Shown in pieces: positions 1 to 10,800 of a stretch of 64,000 nucleotides of DNA. Position 1 is the first letter of the stretch. Every line of letters begins with the position of its first letter. The stretch is taken from the NCBI GenBank assembly GCA_963674865.2, contig CAXXYE010000009.1:1408001-1472000 (forward strand). Reading direction: 5' to 3'. The stretch is from Candidatus Hydrogenedentota bacterium. Its GTDB lineage: Bacteria; Hydrogenedentota; Hydrogenedentia; Hydrogenedentales; SLHB01. A program made the translations under genes and the position numbers. The notes beneath the pieces are model-generated. The model was not told the origin of the DNA, did no database searches, and saw only the letters and a list, made by a program, of their open reading frames with translations.

Positions 1-721
1 GCAAGTATTCCGCGTGTTCCTGCTCTTCGATCAACTCCTGAATCAGGACAAGACGTGGAGTCCCGCTTTTCTGAGCATGAACTGGAACGAGATCAACGAC
101 GAGTTGATCGTGCGCCGGCGCCTGGGGATGACCTTCGGCGAGACGCCGTGGGTGGCCAAGTTGCGCGGCGATGTTTGGGACTTCGAGGCGGCCCGGGGAC
201 TGCACAACGATGTGTCGCCTCCTGACCTTACTGTGATCTGGATGCCCACAGAGAAGCCGGGCCGGCGTCCGCTTCCCCGGGCGGGCGTGGTCGGATTCAG
301 TGTGCTGAAACAGACGCCCTACAAGGGCGATCAGCATACCGAGAATGCATTGCGCGTTGCGCTGTATCTCACCCACCCGGTGCATTTGGCGCGTTCACAG
401 GTGCGGCGCTTCCGCCATCTTCCCCCGGAGCCGGCGCGATTTGCGGAAATCTTCCCCGAGCTTCTCGATACCGAGGACATTTGGATTCGGTTCTACAACA
501 CGATCATGGATTCGGATATCCCCTTGGTCCAGGAGCCATTTGCCACGGGCGATCCTTCCATTCCCGCTTACATGGCCTTGCGCACCGAGGTAGAGCGCTG
601 GCTTGAGAAGGAAGGAATGGGCTTTCTCGAACAGGTGGTGTACGGGAAGATGACGCCGCACCAGGCGGCCGAGGGATTCACCCAGGGACTGCGTGTCGTG
701 GTGGCCGAGGCGAGTCAGTAG
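1..721 (+). CDS. 5'-truncated protein; C-terminus resembles an ABC extracellular solute-binding fold (possibly fused to a regulator)
   Basis: Frame is open from position 2. The ending LEQVVYGKMTPHQAAEGF resembles sugar-binding-protein C-termini. Confidence 0.4.
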   Translation, partial: QVFRVFLLFDQLLNQDKTWSPAFLSMNWNEINDELIVRRRLGMTFGETPWVAKLRGDVWDFEAARGLHNDVSPPDLTVIWMPTEKPGRRPLPRAGVVGFSVLKQTPYKGDQHTENALRVALYLTHPVHLARSQVRRFRHLPPEPARFAEIFPELLDTEDIWIRFYNTIMDSDIPLVQEPFATGDPSIPAYMALRTEVERWLEKEGMGFLEQVVYGKMTPHQAAEGFTQGLRVVVAEASQ

Positions 722-1734
722 CCCGCGTCGAAATCGGCCAGGTTCACCAGGGGCAGGCCGTGGGCAAGTCGCCTGAGATTCTCCCCGACGTTGCGCAGGG
801 CACGAATGCGCGCTTCGCGCGTGGAGCCGGCGTAGTGCGGGGTGAGGATCACGTTGTAATGGTGGATAGGGAAAGGGAAGGGATAGCCCCCGTATTTCTC
901 CGAGCGTTCCTCCTGCGTGACGTCCAGGGCGGCGCCCGCCAGCTTGCCCGAGCGCAGCGCTTCCCAAAGGGCCTCTTCAACGATGTGGCTACCGCGCGCC
1001 ACGTTGATCAGGTATGAACCGTCCTTCATTGCTTCGAAACGGCCGCGATCTATCAGCCCTTGTGCCTCGTCCGTTCCGGGCAGGCAGAGGACGACGTAGT
1101 CGCATTTCCCGAGAAACGCGTCGATTTCGCCGGGCGTGGCCGTATACGCCAAGTGGTACCGCTCGCAATCCAGACGCTCCGGATGCCGTGTTAGCGCCCC
1201 GATAGACATGCCGAACGCGTGGGCGCGCACCGCGATCTCCTGGCCGATATTCCCGAATCCAATGAGGCCAAGCGAACTCTCGAATAACTCGCCCCCGATA
1301 CCGCCCCTCATGCGTTCCGCGCGAAGAGAGTTGTTCCGATCTCCCTGATAGGCCAGTCGCTCGTGGAACTTGAAGACGCGGCGCGTCAGCGCCAACATGC
1401 ACGTGAACACGTATTCGGCGATGGCAATCGATGAGGCGCTTGCCTTGGCTACGGCGATGTTTCGCCCCATCAGCATACGTCGGAGTTCGCCCGTAACCAG
1501 CCTATCGACGCCGTGGCCCAGTACGTGAACCAGCTTAAGGTTGGGGGCGGCCTCGACGAGTTCTTCCGTCGCATAGCCAACGAAGACATCCGTATCAGCG
1601 AGGAATGACTCGGCAGCAGACGGGTCTCTACCGGGTACGTAGATGACTTCGGCCTCGTCCGGCCAACACGATTCGATGACGGCTTGTTCCTCAGGATGGG
1701 TCTTCAACTGCATCCAAACGCGTAGCTTCTTCAT
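715..1734 (-). CDS. D-isomer-specific 2-hydroxyacid dehydrogenase
   Basis: GLIGFGNIG Rossmann motif, LINVARG, GAALDV, LTPHYAG. Confidence 0.92.
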   Translation of the reverse strand: MKKLRVWMQLKTHPEEQAVIESCWPDEAEVIYVPGRDPSAAESFLADTDVFVGYATEELVEAAPNLKLVHVLGHGVDRLVTGELRRMLMGRNIAVAKASASSIAIAEYVFTCMLALTRRVFKFHERLAYQGDRNNSLRAERMRGGIGGELFESSLGLIGFGNIGQEIAVRAHAFGMSIGALTRHPERLDCERYHLAYTATPGEIDAFLGKCDYVVLCLPGTDEAQGLIDRGRFEAMKDGSYLINVARGSHIVEEALWEALRSGKLAGAALDVTQEERSEKYGGYPFPFPIHHYNVILTPHYAGSTREARIRALRNVGENLRRLAHGLPLVNLADFDAGY

Positions 1735-1913
1735 ATCGCAACCACTTCCTACTCCAAAACCGGCATTGTACCGTTTCTCCAGAGGGTGAGGCCACCCAGG
1801 GAGAGTTGCGTCATCTCCTGGCTCCCGCTTTCACAGAAATCCAGCGTGCCCGGGCTGCGCTCATTGCACACCTTGCCCTGCCGTGACGGAAATGCCTACC
1901 ATCCTGCCGTCGC

Positions 1914-2885
1914 TCACTCCCTCTCGATAATGCCCAGGCGCCAAGGGAGGTCGGTGTAGGGGCCGGTGTGTTCCGATGTCCGAAGGCCCTGGAGCAGGAA
2001 TCGAGTAGCGGATGCGTCGTATTCAAGGCGTTGATCATGGCCCGTGCGGATCATCTCTCCGTGGGACACCTCCTCTGTCCAGCGGCCGGCTGGTTCATCG
2101 TAGATGAGCTGCGGCCCCGTCGCGAAGGAATCGGTGGCTTTTGTCCAGGGGCCGAGGAGATGTGGCGCCGTTGCCAGGCCATAGCCTCGCCGCCCCGAGG
2201 GTGCGCACAACTCGTAGAACATATGGTACTCGTCTAAGCCCTTCGCTTTGTACACATGCACGGCTTCGTGGACAGGGGAGAATGCCGGCCTTGGATCGGA
2301 GAAGCCCTTCGGGAAGCTCCCCAGGGGCGTCATCATCACGTATACATCCTGATGGGCGCGTGTGTAGAAAAGATAGGCCGTCGCGTCATCGCAGATGATC
2401 CAGAAATCGATCCACTTGGCCGGGTCGCTCTTCTCGACGAGCGGCGTCGGCTCGCTCCACGAGTTCGCGTCTTCGATGGACGCTGTTGTGGAATAGACAG
2501 GCTGATACTCTGCGTCGCGCGTCTGGTAGATGAGATACCACTTACTCTGCGGGGCGAACAGAAATACCTGCGGGGCCGCGGCATAGGTATCCTTCTCTCC
2601 ACGTGCCATAGACAGGAGGGTCCGAGGCGCTGCGGATAGTCTCTCAAGTGTGTCGGCGCAGACGTATCCGATGCGCCAACTACCGCCTCCTCTGGCCGTG
2701 TAGAAGAGATGCCAACGCTCTCCGTCGTGGACAATGGTCGGGTCTTTCACCGCGGCCTCGTCGAACGCGCCCGGCGGGCCGGGATGCAGGAGCGGCGAGC
2801 CCACGCGCCAGAAGGAGGGGGAGGTGCCTACCTTATCGTCGACTTGGGTGAGAAATGCCTGAATGCAAGATAGAAGGGCGAGCAT
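1914..2885 (-). CDS. GH62-like alpha-L-arabinofuranosidase
   Basis: KDPTIV, APQVFLFAPQSKWYLIYQ, IDFWIICDD, EAVHVYK, VSHGEMIR, LPWRLG motifs. Confidence 0.8.
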   Translation of the reverse strand: MLALLSCIQAFLTQVDDKVGTSPSFWRVGSPLLHPGPPGAFDEAAVKDPTIVHDGERWHLFYTARGGGSWRIGYVCADTLERLSAAPRTLLSMARGEKDTYAAAPQVFLFAPQSKWYLIYQTRDAEYQPVYSTTASIEDANSWSEPTPLVEKSDPAKWIDFWIICDDATAYLFYTRAHQDVYVMMTPLGSFPKGFSDPRPAFSPVHEAVHVYKAKGLDEYHMFYELCAPSGRRGYGLATAPHLLGPWTKATDSFATGPQLIYDEPAGRWTEEVSHGEMIRTGHDQRLEYDASATRFLLQGLRTSEHTGPYTDLPWRLGIIERE

Positions 2886-2941
2886 TTTCGTTGGTTTCCC
2901 TCAGTTGAGTGCGCAGCGGAACTGGTTGCGTTGAGCGGACT

Positions 2942-3730
2942 CTACGCGCCTTGTCCGAAGCGTTGACGCAATTCGCTTACACATGCCTCGAAGGGCTCCA
3001 AGTTGTCCCTCACCGGAAACTCCACGCAGAAGGTCCCGTCGAAAGCGATGCGCTCGAGCGTGTTGAATATGTCGTCCCAGGGGACAGTTCCCTCACGGAA
3101 GGCGCAGTGGTCGTCTTCCAAGCCGTGGTTGTCCGCCAGGTGCACGTGGCGGAGCCAGGGGGCCAGTTCCAGCAGCAAGGCGTCCGCGTTGTGCGTCATG
3201 TGTGCGTGTCCCGTGTCGAAACAGAAGCGCAGGGCGGGGCTGTCCAGCGAAAACACTTCAAGGAATTCCCACGGCTCGCTGAAGAGCTCGTTGCAGCGGC
3301 GGAAATCGTACGCGTAATGATTTTCGAGATTGAGGACGACGCCCGCTTTCTCGAATTGCCCGGCAACGGCAGCCAGCACGCCGCGAACCCGTTGGATTCC
3401 TTCTCTTTGCTCGGGATAGGCCCCGCCGTGGATGACGAGATCAGTGACGCCCGTTTCCGCGCAGAGCTCGAGCCAGTGCAGCAGCGCCTTGCCGCCCGGC
3501 CCGGGGCCAAGTTCCGCCAGGTCCTCCCATATGTGGGCGGCCAAATGCAGGCCGCTAGGCGGGCCGAGCTGTTTCAGTGCGTCCAGGTCGGCGTGCGTGC
3601 AGCTCGGGCGTACGAATCTCCCGTGCCACGAGAGTTCGACGCCATCCAGCCCCAGTTCTTCGCGCGCCCGCGCCAGGCAATGCTCCATATCCCGCCACGT
3701 GAAGTGTAGTGCGCTGACGACAATCTTCAT
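2942..3730 (-). CDS. Sugar phosphate isomerase/epimerase (AP-endonuclease-2 TIM barrel)
   Basis: LNLENH, FDTGHAH, HVHLADN, DDH, VEF metal-ligand motifs. Start taken at MKIVVS. Confidence 0.85.
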   Translation of the reverse strand: MKIVVSALHFTWRDMEHCLARAREELGLDGVELSWHGRFVRPSCTHADLDALKQLGPPSGLHLAAHIWEDLAELGPGPGGKALLHWLELCAETGVTDLVIHGGAYPEQREGIQRVRGVLAAVAGQFEKAGVVLNLENHYAYDFRRCNELFSEPWEFLEVFSLDSPALRFCFDTGHAHMTHNADALLLELAPWLRHVHLADNHGLEDDHCAFREGTVPWDDIFNTLERIAFDGTFCVEFPVRDNLEPFEACVSELRQRFGQGA

Positions 3731-3949
3731 AGCATCCATTCCGTCTTGTGAGATAATCCGGCGAAAAAGCGGCTCCGTGCGTCGAACGGAGCACGCCTGA
3801 GACAGAGTATCCTTTCCCGCGAGGAGCCTGTCAACATTGCCCGACTCGCGACGCCTGTTGGCCTCTCCGAAGTGTGCCGATTTGCCATCCACTTCAGGAA
3901 TGAGTTACACGTTGTATCCGAATCCTTAGCTTCAATAAGGGAGTCAAGA

Positions 3950-5044
3950 ATGCACCCGAAGGAACGCGTCAAACGCGCGCTCGAACGCCAGTCCGTGGAT
4001 CGCGTACCGGTATTCATGTGGTTTCACCCATGTACGGCCCGCCACCTGGCGGAAGTCCTCGAAATCCCGCCCGAGAGGGTCGGCGAGGCCATGGGCAACG
4101 ACATCTGCCAAACGTGGGTAAACAACAACTACGCCATGGAGGGCATCACCCACGAGAACGAGGGCGATTCCCACGTGGACGTGTGGGGAATCAAATGGGT
4201 CAAAGTCGGTGAGTTCAATCAGATTGCCGACTGGCCGCTCGCCAATGCCACGCCGGAGCAGGTGCTTGCCTATGAGTTTCCTTTTGGCCATCTCGATGAG
4301 CTGGTGGCACTTATGAAGCCGGTGATGGCTCAGGCCGACAGCTTCTTCGTGGGCGTCGATGTGTCTCCCTGCGCCTTCGAGATGTATTGGCGGCTTCGCG
4401 GCATGGACAAGGCCATCCTCGACCTTGTGGCTGATCCTGAGTTGGCCGGCGTCATGCTCGGACGCTGCGCTGATTTCGCCATCGCCCTCTCGGAGGCCTC
4501 GTGCAGCCGCTTCGCCGTGGACTGGCTGTGGACAGGAGACGATGTGGGCGGGCAGCAGGCCATGATCATGAGTCCTGATCTGTGGCGGGAGCAGCTCAAA
4601 TCCCACATCAAGCGCGTGGCGGATGTGGGCAAGGCGCGAGGACTCCCTGTCGCCTATCACTCCTGCGGGGCGATTCGGCCCATTATCGGCGACCTCGTCG
4701 AGATCGGCGTGGACGTTCTGAATCCGGTACAGGCCAACTGCCCCGGCATGGATCCGCTTGAGCTGAAGAAGGAATTCGGCCGGGATCTGGCTTTCATGGG
4801 CGGCGTGGACACGCACGACCTCCTGCCCAACGGGACGGCCGATGAGGTGCGCAGGGCTACGGCTTGCCTCATCGAAGGCATGACGGCGGATGGGGGCGGC
4901 TATATCCTTGCCGCTTCCCACACCGTGCCCCCCGAGACGCCGGACGACAATATCTTCGCCATGTATGCCGAAGCGGGCCTCAGCAAGGAAGAGATCTTCG
5001 ACAGTGCCGCCAGCATCCGAAGCAGCCTGAGACGGGACACGTAA
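3950..5044 (+). CDS. Uroporphyrinogen decarboxylase (URO-D/CIMS)-like family protein
   Basis: DRVPV, DVWG, TGDDVG, YHSCG, LNPVQ, GGVDT, SHTV. GGAG RBS upstream of ATG 3950. Confidence 0.85.
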   Translation: MHPKERVKRALERQSVDRVPVFMWFHPCTARHLAEVLEIPPERVGEAMGNDICQTWVNNNYAMEGITHENEGDSHVDVWGIKWVKVGEFNQIADWPLANATPEQVLAYEFPFGHLDELVALMKPVMAQADSFFVGVDVSPCAFEMYWRLRGMDKAILDLVADPELAGVMLGRCADFAIALSEASCSRFAVDWLWTGDDVGGQQAMIMSPDLWREQLKSHIKRVADVGKARGLPVAYHSCGAIRPIIGDLVEIGVDVLNPVQANCPGMDPLELKKEFGRDLAFMGGVDTHDLLPNGTADEVRRATACLIEGMTADGGGYILAASHTVPPETPDDNIFAMYAEAGLSKEEIFDSAASIRSSLRRDT

Positions 5045-5120
5045 GAAAGAGGCAGGGCCGACAACGACACGTCGTTGCCGGCCCCAAACGGTTCGCGTCA
5101 GCGCGAAGATACTTTCCGCG

Positions 5121-7508
5121 CTATTTCTTCATCAGCCAGACTTCCGCCACCTGGCACCCGCGTCTATCGACGAGTTCCCATTTCAGCTCCAGAGAGCCGT
5201 CTTTTGTGGCCGCCCTCGGGACGGCGTACTCTTTCGGCCACGTTGGTTTCGGCTGCGGCTCGGCGCCGTGGACCTCGTACTTGCCATCGGCGACAAGGCG
5301 CATCACGGCGCGATAGCGGCCGGCGTAGGTGGCACGCACGACGTACTGGGCCTTTGTATCCAGGCCTTCGTAGCGCATGATCAGCGGCGTGCCGTACAGC
5401 GTCTCGGCGCAGATCTGCCATGACTGCTTGTCCGTGTCGGAATCCCTCTGGCCCTCTTTCGGAGACTCGACGCGGCCCGGGTCTTCCGCCCACGTCTTCT
5501 GGTAGACGAGGTGGGGTTGTTTTCCTTCGACGCCGAGATTGTCGTAGAAGCCACCCGGGCCGGGATCTTCCCAGTTGACGATAGTATCGATCTGCTTGAG
5601 CTGCTTCGCCTTGTCCGTCATGGCCAGGATCTCGGCGAACTGCGACTCGAGCCAGCCGCGGTCATTGAGTGAAGCGTCCAGATAATCCAGGACGGCGCCG
5701 CGACTGGACCCCTTGGCCAGGTACGGCGGCTCGATACTCAACTGGAAGCCAATGGTCTTGAACAACTGCATTCCCATGTCTTCCAGTTTCTTGCGCAGTT
5801 CCGGCGCCGCGGGGACGGTGTCCGCTTGGCCGAGAGCCTTCTTGGCGGCGTCAATGGCTTGGGCAACGCCGGCACTGGGGGCCGTTTTCAGCGCCGCATA
5901 GGCTTCTGCCTCGTAGCCCATCTCGGCCTCGAGCTTCTGCTGTACGTAGGCGTCATAGTGGGCGCGGAAGACGTAAAGCTGGAGGCGCCAATTAGTTTCA
6001 ATGGCGTCGCCGCAAGCCTCCGCGATACCTTGCCAATGCTTCAGCGTCTTGGCGATCTGCTTGTTCCCGGCCAGTGGCCCGACCCAATTCTGCTCAAGCA
6101 TCAGCAGGCCTTCGGCCACAGCGTCCGCGTGTTCGTCGCCAAAGAAGGCGTCTCCATACTCGTGGACGATCTGCTGAACCGGCATGTCCGGATCCCAACC
6201 AACCATGTCCCAAGCGGCCTTGTTGAAGTCGTCATGCATTCCGTCCGAGTAGCTGACGAATCCCACCGACGTCGGCGCGAACAGGTTGTGGATATGCGTC
6301 ATTTGCTTCGGCCGGGGGCAAATGGGCTCGCGCCCCAAGGTGTGAGCAAATGCCTGATCCCACATCGGCATCGTGTACTGGCACCGGAGCGTGTGCGTGA
6401 TGTCCGGATAGCGGCGGATCTTGATGTTCTTCGGTGTGCGTGCGCGCACCTCTTCTATGCTCATCTTCGTCCAGGGGCCGTAAACGACGCCGCCCAGCCA
6501 CGACATATCGTGTTCCGCGAGATACTTGAAGAAGAAGTCGTTTTGTTCGTGCTCAAAGCCCTGATTCGACACCCACAGGCCCGCGTCGGGATGCCTCTCC
6601 TTCAAGAGCGCAGCCATCTTTTCGAGGAAGGGCATCAGGAGTTCGGGAGCCGTGTGGCCCGGGTCGCCGCCGGGCACCATGACCTCGTCCACATACTTGC
6701 AGCTTCTGAACAGGGCGCGGCGAGCTGCCAGCGCCTCCTCTTCTTTCCCGGGCTCGGCTATGTCTTCATCTAGGGCGACCCACAGCCACACATCCAGGCC
6801 GTAGGTTCCGATCATCTTCGACAGATCGGAGGTCATTTCCCACACGGTGCGCTTCATCACCGGGCCGTCGACCTTCTCAGGGTCGATATCCGGGATGAGT
6901 TCGATGGCGTTGTTACCAAATATGGCCATATCCCGCAGATATTGCTCATACGTGGCCACGTCCCACGCGTCGTAGCTATTGGCCGTATTCCGGTAGCCAA
7001 TTTGATGTCCCCGCATGGGATACTTAGGCGCCGTGGATATCTGAACATCCGAGGCTAGCATCACGCTGTCGGGCTTGAGCTCGAGCAGTCGGATAAGCCG
7101 TCCCGCTGCGAACAGCGCGCCGCGATTATCACGGCCCACCAGGAACACCGTAGGGGCCTTCCGCTTTGTGCAGACAGCGATACCGTACCCTTCCGCCTTC
7201 GTGGGCACGGTGAGCTGTTTCGGTATCATGTCCGTGCCAATGGGGAAGCTATCAACCGTCCCCAAGACAATTGCCGGCACGTTGTTCTTGGGCATTTCCC
7301 TCGATACTTCGAGCTTCACACCCGTCAGGCGCAGCACTTCGGTTTGCAGCATGTCCGCTGCCTTTACGTGGACTATCTCCCACGGGGACGCCACAATCAC
7401 CGCGTCGGCCAGATCCAGAGCCGTAGCGCTTCCCTCTTGAGCCTGTCCGTTTAGGACGAGCCCGAACAGGGCCATTGCCAGCGTTAACATCAATATCTTC
7501 CTAGACAT
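5121..7508 (-). CDS. Secreted putative glycoside hydrolase (GH20/GH67-type N-terminal domain, uncharacterised catalytic domain)
   Basis: Signal peptide; EGYGI...LVGRDNRGALFAAGRLIR...TAPKYPMRG N-domain pattern; VPGGDPG. Confidence 0.55.
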   Translation of the reverse strand: MSRKILMLTLAMALFGLVLNGQAQEGSATALDLADAVIVASPWEIVHVKAADMLQTEVLRLTGVKLEVSREMPKNNVPAIVLGTVDSFPIGTDMIPKQLTVPTKAEGYGIAVCTKRKAPTVFLVGRDNRGALFAAGRLIRLLELKPDSVMLASDVQISTAPKYPMRGHQIGYRNTANSYDAWDVATYEQYLRDMAIFGNNAIELIPDIDPEKVDGPVMKRTVWEMTSDLSKMIGTYGLDVWLWVALDEDIAEPGKEEEALAARRALFRSCKYVDEVMVPGGDPGHTAPELLMPFLEKMAALLKERHPDAGLWVSNQGFEHEQNDFFFKYLAEHDMSWLGGVVYGPWTKMSIEEVRARTPKNIKIRRYPDITHTLRCQYTMPMWDQAFAHTLGREPICPRPKQMTHIHNLFAPTSVGFVSYSDGMHDDFNKAAWDMVGWDPDMPVQQIVHEYGDAFFGDEHADAVAEGLLMLEQNWVGPLAGNKQIAKTLKHWQGIAEACGDAIETNWRLQLYVFRAHYDAYVQQKLEAEMGYEAEAYAALKTAPSAGVAQAIDAAKKALGQADTVPAAPELRKKLEDMGMQLFKTIGFQLSIEPPYLAKGSSRGAVLDYLDASLNDRGWLESQFAEILAMTDKAKQLKQIDTIVNWEDPGPGGFYDNLGVEGKQPHLVYQKTWAEDPGRVESPKEGQRDSDTDKQSWQICAETLYGTPLIMRYEGLDTKAQYVVRATYAGRYRAVMRLVADGKYEVHGAEPQPKPTWPKEYAVPRAATKDGSLELKWELVDRRGCQVAEVWLMKK

Positions 7509-7863
7509 AGGGCCTCCTGATTGACTTCTTTCTGGTTTCCGCAACATCCAACGCAGCCTGTCGTACCCATGCGATTGTGACGGACCAGGAGGCGTGTGTC
7601 AAGTGTCGTAACTGTTCGGTTGGCAATGGATTGGATAGTAGTTGTAGTGTCCGCTTTAAGGTCAACAATACCTGTATCCACAACAGGGCGGCATGCTCAA
7701 ACCGAGGGTTTGTGGGTTTTTAGCATTTTAAGCAAAAAGGGGCAGGTGCAGCCCGGACATATGCGCCCAAATCGTCCGTGCGTGCGTAGCACGAGTCACA
7801 TGGCGTCGAACAGGCATGTCATCCACGCCGGCGAAGAGGCCGTAGCGCTGTCTGGATTGCCGG

Positions 7864-10800
7864 CTACCGGCTCTGATTCATGTAGACCAGGCCCCAATTG
7901 CAGGCGTTGGTCAGGCCTTTGGTGTCGATGTAGACAGGTGGGTCGTCCTGCCACTGAGGGTCGTTGGTGCCGGTGGCGTAGAACTCCGCCGCGGCGTCAA
8001 GGAAACGCTGGGCGCCCGTGTACTTATACGCGTAAGCCAGCCCGTCAGCCATCACCAAGGCCCAATTGTTGATATCCCAATCATTGACCCAGGGCACCAC
8101 TACGTTGGGATTGCTGAAAATGTAGTCGTACATATGAGCCGCCCGCCCGGCCTCATACTCGTACATGACGTCATTGATTACGAAGTCACCGAAAGATTCG
8201 AGCGCGGCTGCCGCACCCAGGTCATCCGTGATGCCGTACTCGCCGCAGAAATCGAGATAACGCCCTAATGCCCAAAGGATTTGGTCAAACATGAACATGC
8301 GCAGGAAGGCCTCTGGGTGGGCCGTGCCGTACGCGTCGGGAGCGGTCACCCAGGTCTTCTCGGTGAGGTCGGTCGTACCCCCTACGACCGTCCGCAGGGC
8401 CGTCATCCAGCGGCTATCCCCGCTCTGGCGGTATCCTTCAATGTAGCCGACAATGAGGTTGGCGCGCTCCCGCTGCAACACCGGGTCGCTGAAATCGATG
8501 GGATCGCCGAAATTGCTGAATTGAGACAGGTTTTCCATCCCTTCGAGGCCCTCGAGCGCCGTGTCGCGCCAGTGTTCCTCGCCGGTGAGGCAATATCCAA
8601 GCAACAGGCCCGGTATACCGAAGAACAGGTCGACTGACGGGCTGTTGCTGTTCCGGTTAGGATTGAGGTTGCCCGGCTCGTCATGTTGACTGTGCCCGAA
8701 ATAGGCGCCATGCACCCAGTGCTGGAGCCCTTCGTCGGGAATGTGGAGGTAATCGATATCGGCCACGTGCCATGCCCCGGGCACGGCCAAGTCAAGCCAC
8801 TGCAGGTCGGCGGAACGGCAGAACTGGACGAACATCCCATTGAGAAACCAGTACTTCAGATTCATTTGGCCCGCCTGATTCGGGCCGGCGGGCTCGTAGT
8901 CTAGCGGCACGTCGCCGTAGTCCTGCCATCCGTAGAAGTTGTAGTTCTCGATGGCTGCGGTCATGGTTGAGTTTCCGAAGCTTGGGTCATCCACCGCGGC
9001 GTCGAAATCGGGATTGGGCTCGAAGGCCACCCGGGCATAGCGCTCGTAGAGTGGCCACGACGTGGTGTCCATGGCGGGCGCTTCCCCAATCGCGCCGCTT
9101 CCCGTATACCAGGAGCCGGGAGCCGTGCCGAACAAAGGGTTGTTGAAGGCCGTTGCCAGCCGCTCCGCCTCGTCGGCCGTTGTCGTGTCCTGCCCGAAGG
9201 CAAAGAGGATCGAGTGTGTCTTCTCCTCACCCACCCGCAGATTGTGATTGAACTGGTCGCCGTTCGGGAACAGGTCGACGGAAACGGTGCCATCCGTCCC
9301 CGCCTCGATAGCCTTCGGGAAGTTCTGCCAGAAATCACGCAGGGCCACGGTGAGGCGTGGGGCCGTTGCCCCGCTCCGGAAGGCCGTCAGCCAGCCAAGC
9401 GCCTGCAAGCCCGTCACGGGAGAGGACAAGTCTGCGCCGGAGATGGTGTATCCCTGGGCGGTGCAGTAGGATTGGAGCCGGGGCGTCGCCGGGCCCTCTT
9501 CGCCCGGCCACCCGACGTTGCCGACGTAGGCATCCCAATCGTCCGTCCCGCTCGAGTCCTGGTGGAGGCGAATCACGCCCGTAGGGGCGGTCACATCGAC
9601 GCTGTCCTCGGTGAGCACGTGTAAGTCGCCCCCGGTGTCGCGGATCTGCAGGTTGAGCGTGAGGCCGCCTACGTACACGCTGTTGATCGCGCCTTGGTTG
9701 TGGGCGTTTGAAGGCTGTCCCTCGGTGGTTTGCATCACCGGGTGGTTGTTCTCGACGGTGAAATCGACTCGCACCGAGGTGCTGCCCGCATAGAAGTGAA
9801 GCCGGGCCGTGAAATCCAGGATAGCGCGTGCCGAATCATCGAGGATGCTTCCTGTCACGCGAACGATGACGCATAAGGGCCCGGAACGTTCCACCGTGGC
9901 CGATGTGCTTCGAGCCGTGAAGTCCGGCGAGCCGCCTGCGACGATGTCTCCAGCCAGTGCGGCGTCATAGTCAATCGCCTCCGTGGCCGCTAACGATTCG
10001 AGCAGCGTCGTGCCGCCGATGGTGACCTGGTTGAAGAGGTTGAAATCGCCGTCCGTGTTGATCTCGAATACTGCGCCGCCCGTGTCCACGGTCATGGTGC
10101 CGCTGCCGGAACTGACGGAGACGCTTTGGGCCGGCGATGGCCCGGGCCCGAGCTGATCCAGCGTTAGCGTCCCGCTGCCGCTGGCGGCCAGCGACTCGAA
10201 GCCGCCGACGAGTACCCATTTTACGGGAGCGGAGGTATTGCTCGGAGGAGCGCCCCAACGGGCGAGCACGTCGAACTGCGCCGGCAGGGGCGCCTTGGCG
10301 GCATCGCTCAGGCGGAGGCTGCTCGTGTCGGTGATGTCCCATGAGCGCGGCAGGGGCACGCCGAAACTGATGTACTCGGACACGCGCGCCACACCCGCGG
10401 ACTCTGTCACAGTCAGCGAAACCGAGTCTTCGCCTTCGCCTTCACCCTCGCCTTCACCTTCGCCCTCACCTTCGCCCTCGCCTTCACCTTCGCCCTCACC
10501 TTCGCCCTCACCTTCGCCCTCGCCTTCACCTTCGGCCCCTCCGCCGAAGGCGGCCCAAGCAGCGTCCAGGAAGTTGCCCGCGCCGGTAGCGAAGACCTCT
10601 GTGGTGTAGGCATTGGCCGTGTCGTTAGGGTGCGAATTGCCTGAATCACCGCCGTATTCCGAACGCAACTGGTTCGGATGAGAACTGGCGTCATCGGGAT
10701 ACGCCAGGATGTCGAACCAGTCGAACACAGCTACGTTGTGCAGCCCCGTGCGGGAGACGTAGCCGGTTAGCCAGGTTCCCGTCAACCACTCATTGAAGTC

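Noticed and set aside
3950..5044. Calling this gene hemE
   Set aside because: It lacks the HemE MRQAGR motif and has the HxCG pattern of URO-D-like paralogs
10429..10533. CRISPR array or non-coding tandem repeat
   Set aside because: The units are in-frame hexamers without spacers and encode a GE linker
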